DNA of 64,000 nt from the human T2T-CHM13v2.0 reference genome, Homo sapiens (GCF_009914755.1 NC_060927.1), one strand, 5' to 3'; numbered from the stretch's first letter, positions 18,291-33,427 are shown. Translations and numbers: made by a program. Notes: generated by a model not told the origin, from the letters alone.

Positions 18291-18994
18291 TCAATATAGC
18301 ACGATCTGCTCTCAAAGGATTACCTTTAAAGAACTGTGGGGTGGTGGATAAACAGGCAGCTGACTTGGCATGGGTGGCTCTTCCTAGCAGTGCTTTGCCT
18401 AGAGCTGTCCTGGGGAGAGACCTAGGTGTTAACTGGCTGCCTTATTTCGGGAAGCGGTATTGAGTAATGAGCAGGTATGTAGATTTGAGATCCAAAGGAA
18501 GCCAGGTTAAAATCTCAATGTCAATCACTTATTTTTTTACAGAGATTGTGCAATTTACTTCTCAGTTTCCCTGATTATTAAATAGAAATATCTTAAGCTG
18601 AATTTCTCGGAAAGAGACCCGGAGACTAGGATTCATGCAAAAGTGACATATCAGGAAATATTCCCAGGAGACAGGGAAGGGAAGAGGGCCAAGCTAAAGT
18701 GCTATGTCAAGCCAGATTCCATAGAGGAAAGTTTTGGTTTAGTTCCACAAGGGTTAAGGGCTACTGGGGGAAGGAGGTGTGTAAACTGCCAGGCATTTGC
18801 AACTAGGCAGCCCAAGAACCATTCTAGGACAAAGAAACCAGAGACTCAGGTGCTGGCTGGGAAGCCTGTGTGCAGAGAAATGGTAAAGGGATCCACAGGG
18901 ATTAGGAATACGAACAGCACCAACCAGGGGATGACAGCACTGCTCACACCTCGTTATGTTGCTGTGCCTGGCTTCTGGTAACTGCTTAAGAAGC

Positions 18995-19100
18995 AGGAGG
19001 GAGTGAGGAAGAGGAATAGGAGGAGAAGAAGAGGAAGGGGAAGGAGAGAGGAAAACAAAAGGGGAAAGGGAAGAGGAGGAGTGGGAAGAAGCAGGAGGAG
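18995..19100. repeat. Polypurine (GA-rich) low-complexity tract
   Basis: ggagggagtgaggaagaggaataggaggagaagaagaggaaggggaaggagagagg... Confidence 0.8.
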
Positions 19101-19499
19101 TTATCCTGGGGAGGGCTAATACCCCAGTGGGCAGTCACTCTGAAAGGGAAGAAACAGAACTGGCTACGCTCAGACTCACTTCTTTACACTTTGTGACCAA
19201 CACACAATCCTAAGGTTAAACAACCTGGGATAAGTCAAGCATCCTCTCCTCTCCAGACCTAAGGAGAACATATCTTACACTATGGAGAAAGAATCTGGAA
19301 AGTGCCCGGGTCAGTATGGGTCACACAGAGGAGAAGAATTTGCTCACAGAGTTGCAGCACACTGGCAACCATTTTGGTAGAGCAGTGGATATCTGGTCTA
19401 ACCAGTGGACAGCCTGATATTAGTGAAAAGAAGGATTGAAGGATGGGACAAAACTGTAACGCAGTTGGGATTTGCAAGAAAGTCTTTCCTACAGGGTGT

Positions 19500-20050
19500 G
19501 CTCCAGTAATTATTACTGTGTAACAAACCAGGCTAAACTTCGTAGCTTCAAACGACAACCATTGTATTACGCTCATGGATCCTACTTGTCCAGGAATTGG
19601 GAAGGACTTTGTATGGCTGGCTGGCCTCGGCTGCACAATGTCGGAGGCCTTGACTGGGAAGACCTGGAAGCTGGGAGTGACTCAATGGCTGGGAGCTGGA
19701 ATCAACTGAACACTCACTCACTCACATGTATGGTGACTGATTCTGGCTGTTGGCTGGGACTGCAGCTGGGCCTTTTGGACATAAAACCTGCACGTGGCTG
19801 CTTAGGCTTCCTGAAAGCATGGTGGCTAGGTTCCAAGAACAATTGTCCCAAGAGAACCAAGCAGAAGCTGTTTTGTCTTTTATAATCTAACCTTGGAAGC
19901 CATGTAGTATCGCTTCCAACATAGTCGTATGCTCACGCAAATTTCAGAGGAAGAAAAACAGATCTGAATTCTCAATGGGAAGAGTTTCAATATCACATTG
20001 TAAGAAGAGAATGTGGGAAGATGTGGGAATTTTGAGAAAAAAAAATCTGC
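19500..20050 (-). mobile_element. MLT1 LTR
   Basis: ctgtgtaacaaacca...aaac...agcttcaaacgacaaccattgtatt..gctcatgg...gagaatgtgggaag. Confidence 0.65.
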
Positions 20051-21217
20051 TATAGGCAACTTGTACATAACCCTGAAGGAAAAAGGGTTATCAGTCTGAG
20101 TAATTTGGAGAGAAGTTATTATACATTAGCATATGAAAGCTCTGGAGTGTCCAACAGTCAGTCTTATCACTTTGCTCAGCACAGCGTATCTCCATTTTTT
20201 TCTGCTTCATACTAGTACATAGAACACTCTAGAGGACACGTGCCTGGACTAAGTTCACCCCTTCAGGAAACCCTTAACCCAACTCGGAATTTGAGTATGT
20301 AAGATTAGGCAACTTCTGTTATTCTTTCCCCCCAAACAGTCCCTAATGAATTGGACAGAGCTGTATTCTTGGAAAAACACAATTTATTGCTTCTCAGCTC
20401 CGAATGCAACCTTCAGTATATGCTCTGGGATCAGCCTAGAATTCTTTTAAGCATTTCTTCTTGAAGTAGGGCGTGATGTTTATTAAACTTCTCTGTACAG
20501 GGCGCTGGAGGAAACTGCAGGAGGAAGAGACTCTCCTGTCATTTCCCGAGTGGAAATGGGTCCCGGGACATCCAGTAGAGCCTGCCCCAGCCCAGGACAC
20601 AGTCCCTCTGGGACATTACAGCCTCAGCCTGGTGACAGCCTTTCCATGGCCCTCTTGTCATGGAAACCAAAGCTCCGGTGCAGCCTATGTGCCCTGAGGG
20701 GTTCCTGTCCCCATGCGGACTCCCACGCTCACCCAAGCCCAGCTCCCAGGCTGCACTCTGGAAGGTGGCCTTTTGCTTTCCAGCAGCTGTAGGCCAGCTT
20801 TGGCCCAGCAGAATTGGAAACCACTCTGCTGCCTGGTGGGCTGAACCACACCTTCTCCAGTGAGATGTGAACCTCTTCCAAATTTGTGCTTCCTTTAGTA
20901 CTTTCCCTCAGCCTAGGGTACCATATAGCGTTTTCTTGTATCTTATTGTTACTCTTTTAGCATAGTTAAAGCTTCTTTATATAAAGCCTCCTCTACTTCA
21001 CCTATGCTGTGGTTCTTTCTCCTGAAGGGACCCATACTGGGAAACGCATGATATTACAGTTCATTTATCCAAAGCAAAACATCAAGAAAGAGTAGTCAGG
21101 GTAATCATTTCTGCTTAAGAGCAAAAAAAAAAGTAATTGTAAATTTCAAATAATATGAGGCTTTCACATCAGCAATTTGTGTTAAGTGCTGAAGTGCCTC
21201 CCCCACACCCCCTGCTT

Positions 21218-21503
21218 TTGGTTTGTTTTTTGTTTTTTGTTTGACACAGGATCTCATTTGTTACCCAGGCTAGAGCGCAGTGGCACAATCATGGCTCACT
21301 GCAACCTTGACCTCCCACACCTCAGCCTCCTGAGTAGCTGGAACTACAGGTGTATGCCAACACGCCCAGCTAATTTTTTAATTTTTTGGAGAGATGAGGT
21401 CTCCCTATGTTGCCCAGGCTGCTCTCGAATTCCTGGGCTCAAGCAATCCTCCCACCTTGGCCTCCCAAAGTGCTGGGATTACAGGCATCAGCCACCGCGC
21501 CTG
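21218..21503 (-). mobile_element. AluJ
   Basis: AluJ-type features: cctgggctcaagcaatcctcccacc, atcatggctcactgc. Confidence 0.9.
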
Positions 21504-22141
21504 AACTTAAGTGCTTTTAATAGCAAATAGTTACTTTTAAAATGATCTGCTGTAGCCTGGAGTCATCCTTTAAGTCATTAGTCTGAAAATGGTTAAATCC
21601 AAATCACATAAGAAATAGAACAGATTAGTTGAGGATGTGTGTGTGTTTCATGTGGCCAAAATCAAAACAAAACAAAACCAACCTCCCTAAAAAACCTCAA
21701 ATTGCTTGAACAAGAAATGGACTACATTGGCTTACATAACCACAATATCCAAAGGCAGTGCTGGCTTCAGAATCAATGTGATGCAAGACTCAAATGATGT
21801 CTCCATGGGTGACTTTTTTTTCTATGCTTTTAGATTTCTTCTCATACTATACCAGCTGCTCTCCCTCCAGCAGCATCAGGCTCTCGCCTGTGTGGCAGCA
21901 AAATACCCCAGAAAACACCTTCCTGTCTCACTAGTTCTGATTGGGATATATTCCCTTTGCTGAACCAGTCAAGTGGCCAAGATGGTGACTTAGGCCAGTC
22001 GGGGCTCAGCCTTAGAATCAATCCCGTCTAAATCACATGGCTGAGAATGAGGAAAGAGTGATTTCCCAAAGGAAATTCAAAGTAATGTCTTAAATTCAAA
22101 GTAATATCTTAATGGCAGAGTAGATGCTAAGCAGCTTTTTA

Positions 22142-22465
<324 letters not shown>

Positions 22466-23929
22466 GACAAGTGTCATCTGTAGGAAGGATTCTAAATATG
22501 AAAGTAACACAAAACAGAAAGATCATGCTCATTAGGGTGAAGAACTTGTGCCTTCTGCTTACCTTCCAGAACTTTGGAGAAATAGGTACATTTTAAGGGA
22601 GAAACAGTGGTACAATAATGAGTAATATGAGAAAAACACTTCAGAATGTCAGCCCCCCCAAATCCTAGGAATCTGACCTGTTATCATTTTTAAATACATG
22701 TGAAAAAGTTAGTCATTCATGAGGCCACTCCTAGCCCATTTGGTGCCTTTGTGCAAAAACGCAATCCTGATCCAAGACACTTTACTGACAACTACCAAAA
22801 AATAGGCATATTTATCCAGATCTACAATGTCTACCATATGAATGGTGCCCCCACAGACGGTGGCCCAACGGGTACAGCAGTATGCAGAACACCAGTGCAT
22901 TCATTCCAATGGTGTAAAACACAAAGGCATGTGAATAGTATGTCTCCTTCCTTTCCCTGGTTTCACTGACCAGAGGCAGTGTTGCCAGATAATTTGAGCT
23001 TCCCAAGATGTTTCCTTATTCTACTTCATCTCTTGGGTTTAGAGAATACCAGGAGAAGAGAAAAAGGTATTAGAGATAGCTTCACAGCAGATAAACTGGC
23101 TTTCTTCCCAGCTGAAGGCAAGTGATGACTCATTTTTCTAACTGCATATCCATGGGTACATTGATAATGTGCTTCTGATGGTAACCCTAGAGCACAACTT
23201 CTTTTATCTACTTAAAATATTTATGACCTCTGATTACCATAGTGGTTGTTAATAGATATTAATATGCAAGACATCCTCCTAAACTGCAGTGTAAATACCA
23301 TTCTTTCTTGATTCTGTACATGATAAAATTTCCATATGGAAATTACTACCTGCTCCCAGGATATTCAGAAATTCTTATCGCTACTGTTGCCACCAAATGT
23401 CCACTGGTTTTCAGAATTAAATTTCACGTCAATGACTATCTCACTCCTTTTAGACACTGCTGAAAAAATGACCTTTCCAAATGCCAATATAATCATGTCA
23501 TCCTTGTGCATAAATATTTCAAAGTTTTCCTCCTCTTTTAAGGATAAATTCCATACCTCTTATCATGGTATGCAATGGCCTTCATCAAAGTATAATTTTG
23601 AAAACTGAAAAAATTAGACTTTCATACAAATACAGAACAAAAAGGTTAAAATTTATTGAATTCATTAATTAGTGAGGGAACCAATCAGAAAATAGAGCTG
23701 GACTGCTTGGGGAACTAGGATTTATATGGTCCTTTAAAAAATGATTAGAATAAGTTTGCTAGGTTAGACATAAAGCTGGCTAATATCCTGCAAGGCAATA
23801 AAATTGTAACCTTCGGGATTATTTTTCTACCAGACAGAAATTATTTACATCTCTGGTAGACCCAAATCTACTAATTTACATGGAACGTCACAAAGTCTGA
23901 GTCCTTAATTAATAGTGAGTATCAAAATC

Positions 23930-24511
23930 TGCTGGCACTGTGGCTTACACCTGTAATCCCAGCACTTTGGGAGGCCGAGGAGAGTGGATCACTTGAGGCC
24001 AGGAGTTTGAGACTAGCCTGGTCAACATGGCGAACCCCTGTCTCTACTAAAAATACAAAAATTAGCCAGGCGTGGTGGCACACGCCTGTAATTCCAGCTA
24101 CTCAGGAGGCTGAGGCACGAGAATCACTTGAACACAGGAGGCAAAGGTTGCAGTGAGCCGAGATCACCCCACTGCACTCCAGCCTGGGTGACAAAGCAAG
24201 ACTCTGTCTCAAAAAACAGAAAAGGCTGAGCATGGTGGCTCACGCCTATAATCCCAGCACTTTGGGAGGCTGAGGCAGGCAGATAGCCTGAGGTCAGGAG
24301 TTCGAGACCAGCCTGGCCAACATGGCAAAACCCCGTCTCTACTAAAAATACAAAAAAATTACCAGAGTGTGGTGAAACACACCTGTAATCCCAGCTATGT
24401 GGGAGGCTGAGGCAAGAGAATTGCTTGAACCCAGGAGGCAGAGGTTGCAGTGAGCCCACTGCCCTCCAACCTGGGCGACAGAACAGGACTCTGTCTCAAA
24501 AAAAAAAAAAA
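23930..24511 (+). mobile_element. Two tandem Alus (about 23930-24222 and 24223-24511)
   Basis: Two head-to-tail Alu consensus copies; caaaatct flanks the pair. Confidence 0.93.
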
Positions 24512-25116
24512 GTAGCAAAATCTCACAATGGTACATTTGCCTAGAGAAATAAATAGCCCTTGGGTGGGCCCTTTACTCAGAAATTCAGTATGATACTGCA
24601 GTCATATGCAGTCATCATTACTTGGTTTTATTTCTAATTTTTCCTAACAGTCTGCATAATCTGACCCTTATGCACTTTGCTAAACTCATTTCCTGCCACT
24701 TCTTGGTTTCTTCAGGAAAACACTTTGGGGTGTAATGCCCAGAACATGTAATTCTCACTCGTGCCTTTTTTCTTTTGCACAGGCTGTTCCTCCTTCCTAA
24801 ACACCCTTCCTCTCTCTGCCACATTCCGGTCCTTTCTCCCCTTGGTTAACTTGTATAATATTTGGCTAACTCCTGAAGGGCACCTTTAAACTCAAGCAAG
24901 GGATCACCTAATTGGAGGCTTTTCTGATTATTCCTCTACCTCCTTCCATTCCTCTCCACTTCCTATCTCCCCCAGCCCCTGACTCCATCCAGCCTGGGTT
25001 AGAGTCCCTCCTCAGTATGCCTCATATGTTTCTGTGTTCCTTTACAATAACAATGATGACATTTACTGAGCTGTCCGCATGTTCTGGATACTGTGTTAAG
25101 TGCTTTACTTAGATGA

Positions 25117-25512
<396 letters not shown>

Positions 25513-25519
25513 AAACGAT

Positions 25520-25700
25520 TTCATTTAAGCCACAAAATAGACCCACGAAGCAGGTACTATTAATAATCTTTACTGGTGAGGAAATTGAAGCACAGAGAGC
25601 TTAAGGAACTGAGCCAAAGTCACACAGCTGATTGGCGGTGACATGATTTTAAACCTAGGCAGTCTGACTCCAGAGTCATGCACTCACTTATCATCCTGAA
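25520..25700. mobile_element. MIR
   Basis: MIR core: tgaggaaattgaagcacagagagcttaaggaactgagccaaagtcacacagct. Confidence 0.7.
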
Positions 25701-26119
25701 CTAGAAATAGCAGCTACAGGCCAGACTATGAGATCTTAAGGGGAAGTTTCTCTTGTATATATCCCCAGAGTTTGGCATTGAGCAGGGGATTTGTTAATTA
25801 CACGTAGACTGAAAACAAAGGCTATTGTTGTAGGTAAAATCTTATTATCTTCCCTGGTAGAGCACAACTCACTTCCTGAGGTGCCAACACTCAGAGGTCC
25901 TTTTCGTGTACAATGTCTTCTTGACCAAGTTCTTCCCAGGAGTGTACCGAAAACCTCAATGGAATTAAACTGTGCCCAGCTCACCTGGAAATGCAGTTAT
26001 TCTATGGCTGAGGCAGAAGGCTCTGCAAAGTGTATGGCAGGACAGTAAAGTGTATCGCTTTATTACAAACTGGAGTCAAACATATTCTATCGAAAATATT
26101 TCTGAAGTTATACTAGATA

Positions 26120-26368
26120 GGCAATTCTATTTTTAGAAGCTACAAAAACAGACAAAATTGATCTATGTTGATAGAGATCGGGACAGTGGTGACCCAGGGG
26201 CAGGGGTAACCAGAAGGGGACACAAGGGGGCTTCTGTGGTGCTAGAAATGTTTTGGTTCTTGACTTGGGTATTATCACACAGATATGTTTAATTTGTGAA
26301 CACTCATCAAGGTGTACACTGTGAAATAGGCACTTTTTATATGTATATTATACTTCAAGTTTAATAAG
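26120..26368 (+). mobile_element. L1ME/MD 3' end
   Basis: aaaacagacaaaattgatctatgttgatagag...ggggcttctgtggtgctagaaatgtt...atgtatattatacttcaa. Confidence 0.7.
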
Positions 26369-26839
26369 TTAATTATACTGTGTAGATGAAGAACTGGGCC
26401 AAGTATATACACTTTTCATAAAATTTTCTTAAAAATACATGCAAAGGGTTTGCAAGGAGGTTATACCTGGGGTCACTAATTGCAATACCCTCAGGGCAGA
26501 CACAGTGAAAGTGAGAGGTGGACCCCACCAGGTGGGAGAACGCCTGTCTGCAATGGGAGGCCACCGCTCAGCTTGCTTTACATTGAGACTCAAATTGTTG
26601 CCATGTTGGAATGTTGGCACAGCCGCTCAGCCCTTTCAAGTTATCAGTGAAAGCAAGAGAGCCCACAATTTGGAATCTCCAAATTTTTAAATGTTGGCAA
26701 CCAACTTTTTAAAACATCTAAACACTGTACTGTCCAGATGAAATGCATCTGCGAGCCAAATCCTGCCTGTTGACCCTGGTTTATGACCTCTACAGTAAGC
26801 TGAGATAAAGCAGTACAAGGAGTTTGTCTTTAACTCTAT

Positions 26840-27367
26840 TGTATTAGTCAGGGTTCTCTAGAGGGACCAGACTAATAGGATAGATGTATATATGAAGGGG
26901 AGTTTATTAGGAGAATTGACTCACAGGATCACAAAGTGAAGTCCCACAATAGGCTGTCTGCAAGCTGAGGAGCAAGAAAGCCAGTCGAGTCCCAAAACCT
27001 CAGAAGTAGGGAAGCTGACAATGCAGCTTTCAGTCTGTGGCCAAAGGCCCAAGAGCCCCTGGCAAACTACTGGTGTAAGTCCAAGAGTCCGAAAGCTGAA
27101 GAACTTGGAGTCAGATGTTCGAGGGTAGGAAGTATCCAGCACAGGAGAAAGTTGGAAGCTGGAAGACTCAGCAAGTCTGCCCTTTCCATTCCTGCTTTTA
27201 GGCTGGCGGCTGTTGAGAATGGTGCCCACCCAGACTGAGGGTGGGTCTGCCTCTCTCAGTCCACTGACTTACATGTTAATCTCCTTTGGCAACACCCTCG
27301 CAGACACACCCAGGAACAATACTTTGCATCCTTCAATCCAATCAAGTTGACAATATTAACGATCACA
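26840..27367 (-). mobile_element. MLT2A LTR (3' LTR of HERV-L)
   Basis: TG...CA termini (tgtattagtcagggttctctagaggg ... aatattaacgatcaca); adjoined by the reverse-complemented PPT (agtccacccctt). Confidence 0.9.
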
Positions 27368-28200
27368 AGTCCACCCCTTGTCAACTTGAAGCCATACACA
27401 TTTCCTGAAATCATACATAATTTCCAAATAAAGACAATAATAAGGTCATAATTACACCTAACATAATACAGCTATCCTTTGTACAACCAGAAGCTCACTA
27501 ATCCTTAACCTAAATGTTTTTATATAAAGTTAACAACACTTAAATGCTGATATAAAGTCAAAAAATCTTATGTCACACGATAAAGGAAAAAGAAAGGAAA
27601 TTTAAAATGAAGATATTTTCTTCGTACAAGTGTATACATGCACAAACATATTCTTAACAAAATAAGGGGAAGTATTCACAATTACGCTCCTTGTTTCTGC
27701 AACTGGTCACATGGTCGTAGCTGATACTGATGACTAACTTCTTCTACTACCCATTCTGTATTCCCTTTGTCTTCAGCAAGCACCTCAGCAGGTCATGTTT
27801 TTTTTTTAAACTGGTGGAATGACCCAAACCTTCATTCCTGTAGGTTCTGGGCCATCTGTAGTCCTGTCTGGATTGGGCTATTGTAGTTTCCCATTGACCT
27901 TAATCACAGGACATGGTAATACTAAGAGACACCCTGATGGATCTCTTGTATTCCACGCATACTCTTCCTTACCTCCATTGTGGAGTAGTAGACTGATTTT
28001 ATCTTGGTAGTCCAGGTCAATCACCCCAGCCAACACTGTAACTCCCTTCTTAGCCTGTTGACTTAAAAGTAGGAGGAGCCCAAAGTGACCAGGTGACAAT
28101 CTTAACTTCCAGTTTAATGGAATCGTTGTGTCTCTTGATAGCAGCATTCCTCCCTCTGGAACTAAGACCTCTAGACCAGCAGAACATAATGTCACGGGAA
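27368..28200 (-). mobile_element. HERV-L internal 3' fragment including degenerate dUTPase (ORF 27878-28195)
   Basis: GLEVLVPEGGML...IPLNWKLRLSPGHFGLL...GVTVLAGVIDLDYQDKISLLLHN matches ERVL dUTPase (motif III GVIDxDY); PPT next to LTR. Confidence 0.88.
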
Positions 28201-28368
28201 TATCTATTTTGCAGTAAATATTGTCTAACTCTCAGAGCAGGCCTAATGGCTAAATGCTACCTGTTCACAATATCTCACAGGGAAGTCATTAGCGAGGACA
28301 ATGACCCTCCCCTAAGATAATATGTGAGGCTATGTCTCTGATAGAATTCTCACTGAGAGCGGCGGTGG

Positions 28369-28812
28369 TGTAGTAGATGTGGTTGCTGCCCCACCAAGAT
28401 CGCCTTACCTGGCTGGCAGAACCATTCCCTAGCTGCTGCTGACTTTTGGCTGCTAATGGGTCACAGCTCCCCACCTTCTACAGATAACTGCACTCAGAAC
28501 CACCTTGTTCAGAGATGCATATTCCCAACATGAGAAGGTGTGGCACCCAACGCCATTGACAGACTGATAGAGGGGTATGTAATCCCAGCCTCTTACCCCA
28601 AAGTGGGAAAACTTCCTCTCCAGGGTTGCCCATGAGATCGGACTGAGGCTGGACTTGGGCTGAACCTACATCTCCACTTAGCTTCAATCCCTGGCCCTAT
28701 CCTACATCCGTTAGTCCCTTACAGGTATTTCCTGAGATCACAACCTCAATAAATCACTTGCACAAAGGCATCCCCATCTCAGGCTCTGCTTCTAGGGAAC
28801 CCAACCTAAAAC
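28369..28812 (+). mobile_element. LTR16-type ERVL LTR
   Basis: tgtagtagatgtggttgctgcccc...caataaatcacttgcaca...ctcaggctctgcttctagggaacccaacctaaaaca. Confidence 0.75.
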
Positions 28813-29319
28813 AAATGTGGCTTAGGAGGAAGAATTATTGGAAGAACCTTGTCTGAGACTGAGCCTTTACTAGCCAAATGATTCTAGTTAAGTTATTTAA
28901 CTTCTTTGGGCCCCATTCTTTTTATGGGTTCATTAAACCAGTGTATATTGGGCTAATCATGTGGCCTACTACAGGATGGTTAAGAAGATGCCATAAATAT
29001 AAACGTGGAAGCCCAATGCAAGCTATAAAGCTCTAAAATATAAGAGCTGCTTTGTAGGTGCGCTCCTACGGTCCCATTACAGCACTCAATGCCACCCATT
29101 CTGAGGTTCATGTTCCTTTCTCTACTGTAAGCTCCTAAAGGTCAGGGAAGATTGTATTCTCTTCCACCCTATGAACGATTATATTTCTTCAAATCTAAAA
29201 TTTCATCAACTGTAAGATATATCATTATTTTGTGTACAATTAATAGAGAGAAACCCTGTCAATTAAACTATGAGACAATGACTCCTTATCACTAAAAATT
29301 TTTGTTTTGTACTTCTTGA

Positions 29320-29650
<331 letters not shown>

Positions 29651-30181
29651 GGACTTCTTTTTAAAAATTTTTTTCACCATCTTATTTTGAAAATTTTCAA
29701 TCATACAAAAAAGTTGAAATTTTATACCCTATTATCCACCACCTTAAGGTTTCAAATTAATTTTGGATACGGTATGAGGTAGAGAGCAAATTATTTTTTC
29801 TCATTGGTATCCATTGTTCTGGCACCATCCATTGAAAGATTTTTATTTTCCTATTGGATTACTTTGGCCTTTTTAGTAGACTTATTTACACAAATTTTTA
29901 TCATATCTTCCTCTTGTGTATATGTAAAAGGAAAATATGTTTATTAATACATATATAATGTATAGATTGTATATGAATCATATTGTCCTCTAAGACATCA
30001 CAAGTATCATATATATTCAGGATCTCTTAAAAAAGTGCTCCATTCTTGTTTCCAGGTTTTTCCCAATGCTTTGACACCCATTTTGTGAGTCTTAATGATT
30101 TTTCTGGGTCAATAGATGGGTTTTAGACAATAACCAGGACTCACATTCCTTCTTTAAATGCTTTTTAAATGATTTGTTGAC

Positions 30182-30852
30182 TGATATAATTTGAGTGTGT
30201 CTTCCCAAAAAATATGTGTTGAAAACGTAATCCCCAATGCAACAGTATTGGGAGGTGAGGCCTAATGTGAAGTGCTTAGGTCATGAGGACTCTGCTCTCA
30301 AGAATGGATTAAAGCCAATTCTAAAAGGGCTTGAGGCTATGAGTTCTATCCACTCTCTCCTTCTCACCTTCTATTTGCCCTTCCACCATGAGATGATGCA
30401 GCAAGAAGGCCCTCACTAGATGCTGGCCCCTTGATTTTGAACTTCCCAGCTTCCAGAACCAAGAAATGATAAACTTTTTATTTTTCATTTTATTTAGTTT
30501 TTGAAATGGAGTCTACCTCTGTTGCCCAGGCTGGAGTGTAGGGGCATGATCTCAGCTCACTGCAGCCTCCTCCTCCCAGGTTGAAGTGATTCTCCTGCCT
30601 CAGCTTCCTGAGTAGCTGGGATTACAGGTGCCTGCCACCACGCTGAGCTAATTTTTATATTTTTAGTAGAGACGGGGTTTTGCCATGTTGTCCAGGCTGG
30701 TCTCGATTTCCTAACCTCAAGTGATCCACCTGCCTTGGCCTCCCAAAGTGCTGAGATTACAGGGATGGGCCACCATGCTGGGCCTAAACTTCTGTTCATT
30801 ATAAATTACCCAGTCTTATGTATTCTGTTATAGCATACAAAATGGACTAAGT
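30182..30852 (+). mobile_element. MST (MSTD-like) MaLR LTR interrupted by a minus-strand Alu (about 30475-30784)
   Basis: taatccccaatgcaacagtattgggaggtgaggcct...gcagcaagaaggccctcac...ataaattacccagtct...aatggactaag; taaactt on both sides of the Alu. Confidence 0.82.
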
Positions 30853-30906
30853 CTGACCAAAACATTAAAGGAATTATAACTAAATTCACAAACGTGTAGG
30901 CAGTGA

Positions 30907-31240
<334 letters not shown>

Positions 31241-32398
31241 CAATAGTGTTTTTAAGACACCATTAGCTACCTCTCTACTTTTGAGATGTCAAACTGTTGG
31301 GGGAAAAAGTCTAATCTAGCATTGTATACCCAGTGCCCAGGACTGTGCTGCCCACCAGGTGACCTTCAGTAAGTATTTCTTAATTAAATAAATTATTTTT
31401 TTATCTTACAGATTCTTTTGACTTGCTATTGTGCTCTGCTTCATAGTTCTAGCTTATGAAATACACTGTCATTATGTTTGCCAAGCCCCAAACCACCTGC
31501 TTAATAATGATGAAACTGCATTTTGGGAATACTCTTATTACTGTGTTATTTGCATTCTTTGATTTTGCTAAATGCAACCTCAAGAGTGAAGGGAATGAGG
31601 TATCAAATGAAGGTGCCAAAATAAAACACACAGCTTTTGAGGAACTAATGTGGGTGAGGCCTTGAAGGCAAGTTTTTAAGTTCCAACTAAAATATACTGA
31701 TGCCATCGTTCTTATGATTGTTACAGATGCTGCTGATTGCTGTTTGGAGCAATGCTCCAAAGTATATATGATGTACTATGAAGTACCTAGTACTTTAAGA
31801 AAAATTTATTTTCAGTCTCATTACCAATAAGTATAAATGTGTTTGGGCCATCAATACCATTTTTTACTCTAAATTCAGTTTATTCAAACTAGGAAGGTGT
31901 AGAATTTAAAACAATATTGTCCGTCAAAGCCCATTACATGTTATGTTGTTGACATCTACCCAGGCCTGTGACCTGATATCTTGTTACTTTCACTAATTAA
32001 AGTTGTTAATAGGTCCTTCTACTATATAGAAACCTTGTAGAAAAATTTTATGTGGGTATAAAGAATTCAAAGTGTCTCTTGTCATATTTACAGCAGGATT
32101 TTCCCAAAATGATGACTTGATGTTTCAAAAAGAAGTGAGAAAAAAAAAAAAAAAACTTTCCTGGCTTGGATAGTATGCTATGGTTATACCAGATGTAACC
32201 ATTGGGGGAAACTGGCTTCAGGGTTCCAAGCACCTCTTTGTACTGTGTTTGCAATTTCTTTTCTTTAAAATTAAAAATAAAGAAAGGCTCTTTTGGATCA
32301 TTGGATTTTAGGATTATAACTGGTAACTGATTTATACTCCATTAACAAGTAAAGTGACATTGACCTCCAGAAAAAGTATCTTTGCATTGATGTATGCA

Positions 32399-32399
<1 letters not shown>

Positions 32400-32431
<32 letters not shown>

Positions 32432-32447
32432 CTGTGTGTGTGTGTGT
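32400..32447. repeat. (TG)n microsatellite
   Basis: About 20 TG units with one TC interruption. Confidence 0.95.
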
Positions 32448-32472
32448 ACAAAGCATACTTACTTAAAAAAAA

Positions 32473-33053
32473 ATTTTTTTTTGAGACAGGGTCTCTCTCT
32501 ATCACCCCAGCTAGAGTCACTGCAGCCTCGACCTTCCAGGCTCAAGCGATCCTCCCACCTCAGCCTCCCAAGTAGTTGGGATTACAGGTACATGCCACTA
32601 CATCCAGCTAATTTTATTTTTATTTTTGATAGAGATGGAGTTTCGCCATATTGCCCAGGGCTGCCCTCGAACTCCTAGGCTCAAGCCATCCACCTATCTT
32701 TGCCTCCCAAAGTGCTGGGATTACAGGCATAAGCCACCATGCCTGGATTGTTTTGGGTTTTTTTCTTGTTTTGTTTTGTTTTTTTTTAGACAGTGTCTCA
32801 CTTCGTCACCCAAGCTGGAGTGCAGTGGTCCAATCATGGCTCACTGTAGTCTCCTGGGCTCAGGTGATGCTCCTACCTCAGCCTCCCAAGTAGCTAGGAT
32901 TACAGGCACACATTGCCATGCCCAGCTAATTTTTTATTTTTTGTAGAAATGGGATTTCACTATGTTGCCCAGGCTGGTCTGAAACTCCTGGCCTCAAGCC
33001 TCCTTGGCCTCCCAAAGTGGTGGGAATACAGGCATGAGCCACCACGCCTGGCC
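32473..33053 (-). mobile_element. Two tandem AluJ elements (about 32473-32746 and 32750-33053)
   Basis: Two minus-strand AluJ-type copies. Confidence 0.88.
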
Positions 33054-33096
33054 AAAAACCTTTTTTAATCTTGCTTAAATTAAAACATAAAATTAT

Positions 33097-33380
33097 TGCC
33101 TGGGCACAGTGGCTCACGCCTGTAATCCCAGCACTTTGGGAGGCCGAGGTGGGTGGATCACCTGAGGTCACGAGTTCAAGACCAGCCTGGCCAACATGGT
33201 GAAACCCCGTCTCTACCAAAAATACAAAAATTAGCTGGGCGTGGTGGCAGGTGCCTGTAATCCCAGCTACTCGGGAGGCTGAGACAGGATAATCACTTGA
33301 ATCCGGGAGGTGGAGTTTTTGGTAAGCTGAGATCACATCACTGCACTCCAGCCTGGCAAGTGAGCAAGACTCCATCTCAA

Positions 33381-33427
<47 letters not shown>

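Noticed and set aside
22700-22969. 89-aa ORF in non-Alu sequence
   Set aside because: GTG start, no recognisable homology or splice context; probably an old DNA-transposon remnant.
31412-31653. Possible cryptic/lncRNA exon (ttttttatcttacAG ... GG|GTGAGG)
   Set aside because: Such splice-like pairs are frequent by chance in AT-rich DNA; no other support without transcript data.
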